Shown: in pieces, positions 12,601 to 25,382 of the stretch
How positions within the stretch are numbered: position 1 is the first letter of the stretch
How the letters are laid out: every line of letters begins with the position of its first letter
NCBI GenBank assembly: GCA_964016885.1
Contig: OZ024742.1
Span: 118,792,001-118,856,000 of the forward strand
DNA from: Eledone cirrhosa
Lineage: Eukaryota
DNA: 64,000 bases
Direction of reading: 5' to 3'
Program-made: the position numbers and the translations under genes
Notes under the pieces: model-generated
The model's input: only the letters and a program-made list of their open reading frames with translations
The model's database searches: none
What the model was told of the DNA's origin: nothing

Positions 12601-15600
12601 GTCCTTCACGTATCATGCCCAGTAGTATAGTGAGAGTTTGTGCAACCTGGGGTGGTTCTTGAATTTCATCTACCTTCCCTCTACTATTAATGTAGCACAA
12701 TACACAATACCTCTTCTAATAAGCACAGTCCTTTCTCATACTATCTCATTTTAAAAATTTGTTTATCTTCTACTGGAATGAAATCATTGTTGCCACTTGA
12801 TGGAGATTTATATGTACGGATTTTATAGGGTGTTAATCATAACTATCTAATTAAAATTACTAACAATGAGTGAAAGCATTTTTGTGTTATTAGCAAACAC
12901 ATTAGAGCCAAACTAAACGCCTGAGTATTTAGTTACATATCTTTGTCCTGAGTTCAGATCCCACCAAGATTGACTTTATCTTTTACCAAAAGCACCAATC
13001 ACATTCACAAACATATTCAAAAGCATACACACATACACGATGTGAATAACTGTTGTATAATTAATCAATATTTGTCTTTTATATTTTCTAACAGCTCTAA
13101 ATACATTTGTTATTTAATATTTCTACAGCTTTAGTTATTTTTCCATTTGCTTAAATTGAACAATAAATTTTTTTCTATTTTGCTTTTGTAATTTAAATTT
13201 TTTTTAACAAAATGTAACTACTTAGATTTATAATTTCATTGACAAATTTATATGAATTTTCTTTATTTTACATGAAAAATGACACTTTTTGAAATTATTG
13301 TTTATTTAGTAAAAAATATTCATTAAACATACTAAAACAGAAACCCCCTTATTCTCTACACCTGATGATGTCTCTGTCTTTTGAACTGTATTTATTCTGA
13401 TGTGAAACAATTTTTAATCATCAGATTCAATATACTTCAAAAATTAATTACAAAGTTAAATTCAGTATACATAAATTAAAATTGATATAAACATTTTTAA
13501 TTAATTAGATTTTTTAAGGAAAATCTATATTCCAACTTTTTATTTAAACATTTTCCATATATAAACGTATAACTTAATTATTAGACTAAACATTTTTATT
13601 TTCCTATAATCGTAAAGTTATTCATTCATATTTTGATAGCAAATATTTTCTATTGAGAATATTATCTGAAATTTACATAAATCTGATTTTTTTTTTTTTT
13701 TTTAAAGCTAATTTTGTTTTCCTTAATATTGATATAAAGAAAAATTACATGTAAATTAGTTGGGCATTAAAATGAATTGATGTGTTGTTTTATATTGATA
13801 TTTATGTATTTTTACTTGTTTGATTTAAATTAAATAAATTCAGTTAGATATTTGTTGTAATTGAGCATTTCCATTCTGCTCTGCTTGAAAAGAATGTCGT
13901 ATAGTAAAAGAAATGAAATATTTTGGAATTATCCATATATTCAGCCAACCAGATGTCATGTTTTAAACTGCATGTTTCTTCTTGTTATGTTTGTATTGAG
14001 AGCAATGTGGCTTTTGTGCATTTTGTTTTCTAAGTTCTGTAATTCTGCTGATAACTGCACTGAGGCAATTTAATGAGCTTCAAATTGCTGCAATTCTTCA
14101 AAATATATTTGAAAAGATTTGCAACACATTTTTTGTTGTTTAGCACCAAGTTATCCTACACTCAAAGCCACTCCCACTCTAGCTGTGACCATGCTGTCTT
14201 TTTGTATATCAGGGACTACATTGTTCAAAGTATCCTTCCCATCTCAGGCTGATGTTGCCAGAAATCAATAGCTCGGGAGATGGACCTCATTCCCAAGGAG
14301 GATGATTAACTGGAAACAGAAGTGGGAAAAATAAGTTTCAGCCTTAAATTAAACATTGCATGATTATATGAATTTTTTTTCCCTTTTACACCCCTTGATT
14401 CTGTTGTATAAACAGTTAATATGTATAGCTTGTTACATTGCAGAAAATAGTGCTTTATGTAGCTTCTACCATGTTGTTTGTGAGGTTGAGAGCTTAGATA
14501 TGATTAATCTTTTTCATATTGATGATGATGATGTTGATGTGTTTTTTGTTAGGTGCATATAAAGTGTTATAATCCAGATTTTCTTCTATGTAAAATGTGA
14601 ATAACATTGGTGTGAATATAATACTAAAAATGTTTTCTTTGTATGAAAGTGTATATATGTGTGAGTGTGTAATTGTTGAATGTGATGTTTATTATATGAT
14701 GTAACTATGTAGTTTCTTTTTAAATATACTTTTATACGGTAAAGTGGTATCATACCAAACTAAATGCATTATGATATATGGTCATGTCTTAATTTCTGAG
14801 TTCAAATCCTACAAAGGTAGACATCATCTTCCCACCTTTCAAATGAATGTATTCTATACTTCAACTACAAAGTTATGGTTTTGTGTTGAAGTAGGAAATC
14901 AATAAGAAACAGCAGTAAATCTATCTCTGCTAAATGTCTGAAAATATTTTATTTTATTATCTATTTTTTTAAATTTTATTTTATTACAATAATCTTAGTA
15001 TGCCATGCATTTAACTGCAATAAGTCTAATACAGTTGTTTATCATACATTTTATTATGTGATGTCATGTATTGATATATCAATATTTCATTAATATTTTT
15101 ATGTGCATATAATGGTTAGTACACAAAAACAACTTGTTTATTATATTTTGTTTGTATTTATTAACATTTTCAAATTATTATAATCACTTTTATCAATTCT
15201 TTATGTGTGTGAGCAAAATACATTAAAATATCACTTGAATATTCAATGTGAATTAAATAATTTTTTCATGAATTTTATGTATATGTCAAATAAAAAGTCC
15301 AGATATAATGAACCAAAATTTATTTATTGCTCATAAAATTGCTATCATAAGGTTTTAATATTATTTTGTTTATGAAGTTAGTAGTGTGCAAATTGCTTTA
15401 TGGTTATTTAGTTATATCCTTTTATTCCAAGTTCAAATCTCACCGGAGTATCTTTACTTTTCATACTTCCGGATAAATAAGATAATTACTAATTAATCTA
15501 AATGACTATTCCTTCCTATATACTCTTTGGTCTAATCCCTATGTTAGAAATCAATCTCATCTTGCCTATATTTTCCAGAATCTACATTTCACAGTTATTG

Positions 15601-15633
15601 ATAATATTTTTTTTCTTTTAAACCCCTATTCAG

Positions 15634-15765
15634 GATCATTGTCTTTTCAACTGGTCATTCTCAGTTTGTTTCTATGGCAACCAGTCGCCAGTTCTCTTAT
15701 ACCTTATATCCTCATTTTTGGATTTTGGGGATTATCCGATGGGTTCTATGCCTCCCAGTTGTGCT
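15634..15765 (+). CDS. UNC93-like exon 3 (not in the ORF track)
   Basis: ttcAG|GA acceptor; 132 nt, phase 1-1; translates GSLSFQLVILSLFLWQPVASSLIPYILIFGFWGLSDGFYASQLC (UNC93 WG..D...Q motif); T|GTAAGT donor. Confidence 0.88.
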
Positions 15766-16860
15766 GTAAGTAAACAATTAATTATATACTTCTTTTGATT
15801 CATTTCTCCATTTTACAAACATGGTAGTAATTTGAATACTAAAGAAGATTTATCAATACTTTATAATTTGAGTCTTTTTATCAGCATTAACTATTAACAT
15901 CCTACAAGGATTTAGCAGAAAATAACTCAAAATGGCTTTGTCAATTCAAATGTTTACAGTATTGTTATTAGTGTTCAGATCGTAGTGAAAATTTGCTAAT
16001 GCAGTTTCATGTGATATGGGATGTTTAGAATTAATGCTTGCAAACATCATTTGTATGCAAAGACCTTGGTAAGCATTGTTCTCATCCATTGAATACTGTT
16101 TTGACAAAATCCTGCTTTTTTTTTCCATAGTATATAACCATTAATAGTGATTGTTCCTGAAACCTTGTTGAATGATTTAGTTGGGGCTGCTTTGGACATG
16201 ACTAAACTGATCTTGAATCTTAATAAATATTTTCAGTAATGTTTCAACTGATTTTGTTCCAAACTGCTTCTTGCCATTCTATTTCCCTTATTTGATGTTC
16301 AGCTTTATTTCTGAATAATTATTATCTCAAAACCAGGGTGTTTGAGTAGAGAGAATAACTTGCTATCCAGCAGTGGCACCGTGGTTTTCACCTGACTCTC
16401 ATTTCTGGCTCTTGGACATTTTTCAGTCACACTCTAATAACTACTTCTCCCGGCAGACTTAACTTAGTGGAGTACTGGACAATTGGAGAGGAAATGGGCA
16501 CCACTAAGAATTTTTAAGGCCCACTGAAATGCCATGATGGACACACAGTCAAATGTCTAGAGTGGCATTGCAGTGACTAGCTACATCAGTTGTGTGAAAT
16601 TGGTTGATTTGTTTCTGAAGACCACAATTTCTACAGAGATTGTTACTGTTATCCCAGCATGTGTGGCCATGTACAGTCATATTTTTTTGTATATGCTGAG
16701 CCATTGTGGCTTCCAAATTTTATGAGCCTCCCATTAAATTGGTCTGCGAATTTATTGTCCACTCAGGTATTATTTGATACAAGAGTGTTCAAATATTTGA
16801 CTGACCAATAGCATCATTCACATTACCATCAAGAAGTTTACTTTGTCTTTATTATTTTTC

Positions 16861-17047
16861 GTGGATTGGCAGTATCGGTAGAGGGTCGGACGCCATGCTT
16901 TGACGCATAGAGTTACGGCCCTTGCCATTCTGAGTTCAAATCCCACCGAGGTTAACTTTGCCTTTCATCCTTATGGGGTCGATAAAATAAAGTACCAGTA
17001 ATGCACTGGGTAATTGCTGGCCTTGTGCCAAATGTAGAAACAATTAT
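16861..17047 (+). mobile_element. SINE family B
   Basis: near-identical to 7204-7392. Confidence 0.85.
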
Positions 17048-17133
17048 TTTTCATCTTGCCCATTTGTCTATGAAATATAAACATTAAGTAGAATGACCTA
17101 ATAAAGTGTTTCAAAATTCATTTTGTTTTGCAG

Positions 17134-17381
17134 CTCTTACAGGAATGGTATTCTCTGAGACATCTGAAGAGGCATTTTCAGCGTTCCGCATGATGCAAGG
17201 TGTTGGGTTGACTTTAGCTTATGCTTATGCATCAAGCTTAACTCTTGACATCAAGTTATATATTCTAAGTGGAGTTGGCATAATTGCCTGGATCATGTAT
17301 ATCTTAATGGAATACTACCTTCGAAAGAACGATCATGCTAAATCTTCTACTACAAAAAACAACCAAGTCCTCAATGCTTAA
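17134..17381 (+). CDS. UNC93-like terminal exon
   Basis: ttttgttttgcAG acceptor; SLTGMVFSETSEEAFSAFRMMQGVGL.. to TAA; the joined exons give 2673 nt in one frame. Confidence 0.9.
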
Positions 17382-17721
17382 AATACTAATATATTAGTAT
17401 TTTAGGACCATATTACTTGTCAATACTATATATATATATATATATATATACTTTTACATCGACTATTGAAAAAAGTGGTTGTAAAATCATATATGATCAT
17501 AATGATTATACAGCAATATGTGATATAAATTGTGTGTGTATGTATATATGAGGTGTATGTATATATGAGGTGTATGTGTTTGTGTATGTGTGCATGTGTG
17601 TGTATATATATATATGTGGTTTGTGTATGTGAGCATATATACATGAGAGTGTTTATCAGACACCTTGATAGACTATTATAACATTCACAATTATCATCAA
17701 TTCATGACACATTTTTATTTG

Positions 17722-17727
17722 AATAAA
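17722..17727 (+). promoter_or_regulatory. candidate polyadenylation signal of the UNC93-like gene
   Basis: AATAAA about 340 nt after the stop, followed by T-rich sequence. Confidence 0.4.
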
Positions 17728-17819
17728 ACTATCATTTTTTTATACTCTTTATTTGTCAAACTCATTTTTATTCATTAATTATTTTTATTTACTGCTGAAT
17801 TTTGAAATTTATTTTATGA

Positions 17820-18143
17820 TGCATGAATGATGGGATGTGGATGAACTGAGAAAAAAGCTTGGTATAAGAAGAATCAGATATGTGCAAGAAAGATGACTAT
17901 GCTGGTTTGAGCATGTGATACGTATGGATGAGGAATGCTGGGTGGATGTAAGTGGAACGAAACTACATTAGAGGAAGACCTGGGAATAGGTACTACGAGC
18001 TGATCTTAAAAACACTGGATCTCACTGAGAAGATGATGAGGGATTGTTATGAGGGGAGGGGGGTTGTGTTGGAGAGGACCTGTCCAACCCATGCAAGCAT
18101 GGAAATGCAGACGTGTAAAATAATTATGGTGGTGGTGGTGATG
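17820..18143 (+). mobile_element. decayed RTE LINE 3' end
   Basis: ELRKKLGI..WFEHVIRMDE remnant, cccatgcaagcatggaaa 3' motif, triplet tail. Confidence 0.65.
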
Positions 18144-19033
18144 TAGACTGATCTCTTCAATTGGTAATATATATTTGATTGTTTGAAATGTGTGGTATCT
18201 ATCATTCTTGATATATTCTCCCTGTCCCAGCTGGTTAAAAATCATTGATTTTAACTTACGCGTAGGAGGGATATTTGCAGTTAAATAAAAGCATGAATGT
18301 AATTAACAGGTGTTATTTTAAGGAATGTTTCTCATGTGAATCTAAAGGCTTCATCTTTGACAACAATACATCTGTTAATTGAAGCTTTAACCTATTTATT
18401 CTGGTTGTTGTTGATCTTATTGTTATTGTTATGTAGTTTTTGGACAGCTCTCTTTACACATGTTTGAAAAACATAAGGTAGCTTCTACACGGTCATTCAA
18501 CTAACTAGACAGTAGCTAAATCACCTTCAATTCACACTTTGCTGTCTTAAAATGGAAGAACTCTTGGATAATTCAGTACTTGGCCACAATAAAATGCACT
18601 CAACCTACACTGTAAAGTGGTAGTGCTGGTTCCGTGATAAAAAAACACCCGGTTTGCCCTGTTTGGAGAAAGCGGTTGTGTCGTGACAAAAGACATCTGG
18701 TACACACCATGAAGTGGTTGACATTAGGAAGGACATGCAGCCATAGAAACCATGCCAGAATGGGTGAGACATAGTCATGTGACTTATCTACTCTCAGAAT
18801 ATAACAACCTATTTAACCCATGCAAGCATAAACATTGAATGGTGAGGATAATGATGATGATGGCAATTATATATAAATACATGTATGTACGTATATATAT
18901 ATAAACATACATTTATATATATATATATATATATATATAAGACCCGTCCCACCCTTGCAAGCAGGGAAAAGCGGACGTAAAATGATGATGATGATGATGA
19001 TGATATATATATATATATACACACATTTTTTTA

Positions 19034-19117
19034 AAATATAGAAATGGTTTCTACAGGACTAGAACTGTTTCTTTCGAATGAAACAGTTCTAGTCCTGTAG
19101 AAGCCATTTCTATATTT
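19034..19117. repeat. 84-bp near-perfect palindrome
   Basis: aaatatagaaatggtttctacaggactagaactgtttc / gaaacagttctagtcctgtagaagccatttctatattt around tttcgaat. Confidence 0.95.
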
Positions 19118-19388
19118 AAAATTTAGACTCTACTATGTATTGAGTACCTTACTTACTGTGGTTACCCCCGATTGAACCCGGGATACACACACATACACAT
19201 ATATATATATTGAAAGAGGAAGATAGTAAAGTTATGTCAAGGAACTTTCAAGTTAATGTTCTACAATATATACCATAATGCAGCTCAATGAATTTTTCCA
19301 TTTACCATATTCTTTATATTTCATTTGTTGAAACACATCTAAAACTAATAAAAAATATTTTAAATTCCTTCAGAATTCCAATATTTAT

Positions 19389-19611
<223 letters not shown>

Positions 19612-19614
19612 AAT

Positions 19615-19959
19615 GGAGGCACATAGCTTAGTGGTTAGAGCATTGGCCTTGCAATTGAAAGGTTCTGAGTTCAATTCTCAGACCGGGTGATGTGTTGTTT
19701 CCTTGAGCAAGACACTTTATTTCACATTGCTCCAGTTTACTCAGCTGTAGAAATGAGATGATAGGGACTGGGGTCCATATCATTCCACTGCGAAGTGGAC
19801 GTGGTGGTGCCACGACAAAAAAGCACCCAGCACTCACTGTAAATGAGGTTGGTGTTAGGAAGGGCATCCAGCTGTAGAAATCAACCCAGAATCAGTTCCC
19901 GTCCCACCCTTGCAAGCAGGGAAAAAGTGGACGTAAAATGAAATGATGATGATGATGAT
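19615..19959 (+). mobile_element. SINE family A (tRNA-like head, ccttgagcaagacactt core, RTE-like 3' tail with (GAT)n)
   Basis: tagcttagtggttagagc A box, gagttcaattc B box; tail cccacccttgcaagcaggg..ggacgtaaaatgatgat resembles RTE 3' ends in the window. Confidence 0.85.
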
Positions 19960-19987
19960 ACATATACATATATATATATATATGTAT

Positions 19988-21555
19988 CACTATCAAGTGG
20001 CTAGGAGACAAGTGTACTTCGCAAGAAGGGAAGCAGAGGAAAGAAAGTTCAAGCATGTTCTACAACGCGAGGACCAAAAACGTGAGGTGTTCAGGATTGC
20101 TAGGCAATGTGTCAAGGAAAACTGTGATATTGTCGGGGAGAAGTGTGTCCTTAATGATGATGGTGTACTTGCCATTACTGACACTGATAAGAAGGTAGCT
20201 TGGAAGTGTCACAACGAAAGGCTACTAAATGAGGAGAATAAATGGGAGAAAGACAGTCTTCCCCACATCGACCCAATAGAGGGACCAGCAGTGTTAGTCG
20301 AAGGTAGTATAATAAGTAAGGCAATCAAAGATATGAAGACGGGTAAGGCGGCTGGGCCTTCGGAAATAGTTGCTGAGATGCTGAAAGCCTCTGGAACGGT
20401 GGGACACACCATGGTCACCCGGATAGTAAACCAAGTCATACAGAATGGGGTTGTTCCGAAGGACTGGCGTAGCAGCATCATCATTAACTGCTACAAGGGT
20501 AAAGGAGATGCCCTAGATAGGAGTAACTATAGAGGCATTAAATTAATCGACCAGGTCATGAAGGTCACAGAAAAAGTAATAGCGCAACTAATCAGAGAGA
20601 GAATTGATCTAGATGAAATGCAGTTCGGGTTTGTGTCAGGTAAAAGTACCACAGACGCTCTTTTCATTGTACGACAACTACAGGAGAAGTACCTAGCTAA
20701 AAGTAAACCCCTATACTTAGCTTTTGTTGACTTGGAGAAAGCCTTCGACAGAGTCCCCCGTTCCATTATCTGGTGGGCTCTTAGAAAACTAGGTGTTGAT
20801 GAATGGCTTGTGAGAGCTATACAAGCCATGTATAAAGAAACAGTCAGCAAGGTTAGAATTAACAACGAATATAGTGAAGAGTTTAGCGTAAAAGTTGGTG
20901 TTCATCAGGGCTCCGTTCTTAGCCCCCTACTATTTATTATTGCCCTTCAGGCTATAACAGTGGAGTTCAAGACCGGCTGCCCATGGGAACTCCTATACGC
21001 AGATGATCTAACGCTCATAGCTCAATCAATGGCCGAACTAGAGAAGAAATTCCAAACATGGAAGCATGGCGTAGAATCAAAAGGCCTTAAAATTAACCTG
21101 TCTAAGACTAAAGTTCTAGTTTGTAGGAAGGAAAATAGGGCGCCGGTCCCATCCAGGAAATGGCCATGCTCAGTGTGTAGGAAAGGAGTAGGTAGAAACT
21201 CCATTTTATGTCCCAAATGCAAAGTATGGGTGCATAAAAGATGTAGTGGGATCACAGGTAAGCTAACTAAGAACATAGATTTTATATGTGGCCGGTGCTC
21301 TGGTGCAATAAGTAGCAGCAAGTGCGCACAGAATACTAGCTCATTCCATTGCACAGATGGTTCTATAGAATTAGTGGACAGCTTCCGTTACCTGGGTGAC
21401 AAAATCAGCAGTGAGGGAGGGTGCTCTGAAAGTACAGTAGCTAGAGTCAGAACTGGATGGAAAAAGTTCAGAGAGCTTATACCACTATTAGCCGCTAAAG
21501 GGTTCTCCCTAAAACTGAAAGGCAGGCTGTATGATGCCTGCATACGAACAGCAAT
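19988..21555 (+). mobile_element. RTE-clade LINE internal fragment with uninterrupted RT domain
   Basis: KGKGDALDRSNYRGIKL, QFGF, AFVDLEKAFDRV, GVHQGSVLSPLLF, LYADDL, FRYLGD; truncated at both ends. Confidence 0.93.
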
Positions 21556-22169
21556 GAAGAATATTAATTATGGCTAACTTTCTTTTGCAATATAAATACA
21601 GATGTGTTGGTATCTGTTTCATCATTTATATTACTCATATATATTACTTTTATACACGGCCCAGGAATATTTCCTTTGAGCTAATTCCATTGTAAAAGAA
21701 TTAATTACACTTAATATAACTGCTCTTCGTCGAGCTGAAATTCGCCTCATATATACGACTGTTATTTCTAGCAGTACGGTTATGAGACTAGCTTGAATCC
21801 GTGAACCCATGTGCGTCACACAGTCTTTTAAATTATTTAGAAGTGAAGCTTATCAATTGTCTCTGGATGTTTACTGAGGAGAGCAGTGGCATGATATTCC
21901 TACACTTATATTCATCTCGAAACATGTTTGGATTTTGAGGTTTAAACTTATCTACTGAACAGGTTTGACTTTGAAATTTAAATATGTATAAACATCATAG
22001 CCATTTGGCAGCGCAGCTAGTTTTTGTCGATTTATTATTTTAAATTGATGTGGACGAACTGTGGTAAAATAATTAATATTCTTCATTCTGGCTAACTTTC
22101 TTTTGCAATATAAATACATATGTGTTGGTATCTGTTTCATCATATATATTACTCATATATATTACTTTT

Positions 22170-22174
<5 letters not shown>
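21553..22174 (+). mobile_element. non-coding HHR-bearing element with 86-bp terminal direct repeats (retrozyme or PLE pseudo-LTR-like)
   Basis: 21571-21656 is repeated at 22089-22174; 21553-21571 is an inverted copy of 22069-22087; HHR inside; ends in (TA)n. Confidence 0.7.
21870..21932 (+). ncRNA. minimal type I hammerhead ribozyme motif
   Basis: TTTA-CTGAGGA-GAG..CTC-GAAA, palindromic ACATGT stem III, GTT triplet, TGGA stem I (two G-U pairs). Confidence 0.65.
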
Positions 22175-22260
<86 letters not shown>

Positions 22261-22550
22261 TATAATAATAATAATGAAATTATTGTGTACAGTGCTCAGG
22301 TGCACTACAACTCATCAAAGGTGCATGTATAGTACATAGAATAATGTACAAATGTCAGGAAAATGAACAGTGTATGAGTCATGATATAATAATAATAACA
22401 ATAATGAAATATTGTGTACAGTGCCCAGGTGCACCACAACTCATCAAAAAAGTGCATGTACAGTACATAGGGCAATGCACAAACATCAGTAAAATGAACA
22501 GTGCACGAGTCATGATACACACATGTGTGCATGTGTATGGAAGGGGTACA

Positions 22551-24329
22551 TCAGGTGTAGTTTTGGCGTATTTCGGGAAGCATGAGTGTCTTAAAGGATG
22601 CAGTGTCTCGGCAGCTAATAATTGACGCAGGCAGTTTGTTCCATGCTTCAGCAACTCTGAGCGTGTAAAAATGTCTACGAAAGTCATGGGAGCTGTACTG
22701 TTTTCTGATCTTGTAGGCATGTCCACGTGTGTTAGACACATGGAGATCAAAGAGGCGCTCAGGGTTGCAATTGGCGAGATGGTTAAAAACTTTGTGGGTA
22801 TTCACCAAGTCCATTGCCAGACGTCGGAGCTTCAATGAATCCATGCCCAGGGAAGCAAGGCGTTCAGAGTATGGTAGGTGTCTGATGGAGGGTATGCGCT
22901 TGGTTGCACGTCTCTGAACAGTTTCCAGGAGGTCAATGTTCTGAGCAAGATAGGGGTTCCAGACTGATGATGCGAATTCCAAGTGTGGTCGTACCATAGC
23001 TGTATACAGTTTTAAATAGATGGCTGGAGAGCGGCTAACAAAGGTCTTGCTGAGTGATGCCAAGACACCCTCGGCCTTCTTGACAATCTTAGAGACATGT
23101 TTTGTCCAACGCAAATCGTTGCTGACAGTAATGCCCAGGTCACGTTCACAAGAGGACTTTTTGATATCAGTGTTGTGGAGGGAGTATGTGGACGCTGGAT
23201 TTTTCCTTCCAAAATGCATGGTGGTACACTTGTCCACAGCCAGCTTCAGTTGCCAGTCTGTGATCCATTGCTGCATTGTGTCCAGGTCTGATTGTAGGAA
23301 AGAGTTGTAAATTTCAGGATCAGTCCTTTTGATTTCAAGGTACAGCTTGATGTCATCTGCATATTTTAGTACCGTGGCATTCTGTAAGTTGGCATCTATG
23401 TCATTAATATATGCCACAAACAAAAGAGGACCAAGAACAGATCCCTGTGGTACACCAGATGACATCTCATATGGTGAAGAATGCTGTCCTAGAACCGTGA
23501 CTACTTCTTTTCGGCTGAGAATGAAGGATTTCAACCAGTCGAAAAGATCATCCCTCACACCCATTGCAGAGAGTTTTGCCATAAGTCTTTTGTGTGGCAC
23601 AGAATTAAAAGCCTTAGCAAAGTCAAGGTAAACAACATCCACCCATGAGCCGCTGTCAGTGATCCGGGTGATGTCCTCAAGGAACTCGATAAGCTGATCA
23701 CAGCAGCTGGAGTTAGGGATAAATCCAAACTGTGAGGGCCGGATGAGGCTGTGAGAGCTCCAGAAGTTCCAAAGTGTTTCTCTGACACAGGATTCCATCA
23801 GTTTGGCCATACAGCTAGTAAGACTGACTGGATGATAGTTGACAGGTGACATGCGGTTGCCCTTTTTGAACAGGGGAATGACACTGGCAGTTTTCCACTG
23901 CTCCGAAGTAGCACCATTGTTGAGACAGTATTGAAAGAAGAAAGAAAGCTGGCGCAAAAGGAAATACCCGCCACGTTTGAGAAGCAGGTATGTCACACCA
24001 TCAAGACCAGGGGAGGCATAGTTGCGCTTATTCTTAAGGTGACGTCGCAACATTGCAGGTGTAAATTCCATAGTTGTTATGGAATTTGATGTTAGAGATG
24101 GTGGAGATGGTACATTCTGGTTTTCAACAGTAAAAATACTTGCATAGCACTCAGCAATGAGTTCTGTGCATTCCTTGGGATCGTCAGTGATCTGGCTTGT
24201 GTGGGGATTGAGAAGAGGACCAACTGGAGAGTGAGGTCTCTGCTTTGAATGAACATATTTCCAGAACACCTTACTGTCAGGATTGGTTGCGATGCACTGT
24301 TCAAATTCAAGCACTGCCTTCTTTGTCAC
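22551..24329 (-). pseudogene. LINE ORF2 reverse transcriptase portion
   Basis: PGLDGV, VYLDFAKAFNSVPH, GVPQGSVLGPLLF, KYADDIKL, ERDLGI, RPHLEFASSVW. Confidence 0.93.
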
Positions 24330-24560
24330 TTGCTTGAGATGGTTAGAAGATTTATTCCGTTTTTTCTGTTGGCATCTGATTTATGCAGTTTATATTCCCG
24401 TTCAGCGTTCCGACGTTCTTTCCTGGCAAGTCGGACCGCTGAAGTTTCCCAGATTGCACTTTTGGGGTGGTTATTTTTCCGCTTCCGTGGCACTGATGCT
24501 GCACACGCTATCCATATTGAGTCCAGGATGCTCTGGAGTATAGAGTTCACATCTCCAGAG

Positions 24561-25382
24561 TTATACGTTCTCATGCCACTTTGGGCGCTGTAGCTCAGTG
24601 CAGTACAAGTTCCAATCCGCCCTCTTCCAATCAAAGCAAGCAGATTGGAGATGGCTCTGGTTTTTGTTGCTGCCCTCAAGTGCCAGATTGGCAATGATCA
24701 TAGCATGATCAGAGTCGCCTAGAGGTTCCTCAGTAGTACAACTGATAACCACTTCAGGAGTAGTGGTGAAGATCAGGTCCAAAGTGTTGTCACCTCTTGT
24801 TGGAGAGGTGACTACTTGTGACCAGTTTGAGTCCAGCACTAGTTCAAGGAAATCGTTTGCACCTTGTGGCCAACGAAAGGTTTCCCAATCGATCTCAGGA
24901 TGATTGAAGTCACCTGCAATAAACACATAAGTGGCTGTTTTCTTGGCAGCAACTCTGAGGATATCGCAAAGCTGTGTGTCCTGATGGTAGTTTGGGGGGC
25001 GATAAACAACACCAAGCAGAAGTGTTGACATGGTCATACGTATGTCACAGAAAAAAACTTCTTCCTGTGATTCGTTCAAATCAACGCAAGGAATTATTGA
25101 AAAGTTTGAACGAACGTAGACCATCACACCACCACCATGGCGGTTAATGCGGTCCTTGCAGAAAAGGTTGTACCCAGTAATGCTGAAAACCCCATCACAG
25201 AGTAAGGAATGTGCCCATGTTTCCGTGACTGTGATGAAGTCAGGGTCGATGCTTCTGACGTAGGATTCGAACAGATGTATCTTGTTGCATAAACTGCGAG
25301 CATTTAAGGACAACAATTTGTACCCTGCTCGCAGTTTATGATGGTGTGTAGAGGGTGGCAGGTTGTTCTGGTTTAGTTTCCC
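24561..25382 (-). pseudogene. LINE ORF2 apurinic-like endonuclease portion
   Basis: LNARSL, VTETW, GGGV, YRPP, GDFNHP, PTRGDNTLDL, LGDSDH; frame open back to the ORF1 stop region without ATG. Confidence 0.92.

Noticed and set aside
13362-13415. CTGATGA..GAAAC possible hammerhead
   Set aside because: Stems I and III do not pair convincingly; likely chance
19615-19687. tRNA-Cys-like sequence (ttGCAat loop, A and B boxes)
   Set aside because: No acceptor stem; always continues into the same repeat body, so it is a SINE head
19943-19987. ATG-rich start of the 544-aa RT ORF
   Set aside because: Derived from the SINE (GAT)n tail and (TA)n; the LINE is 5'-truncated and has no native start
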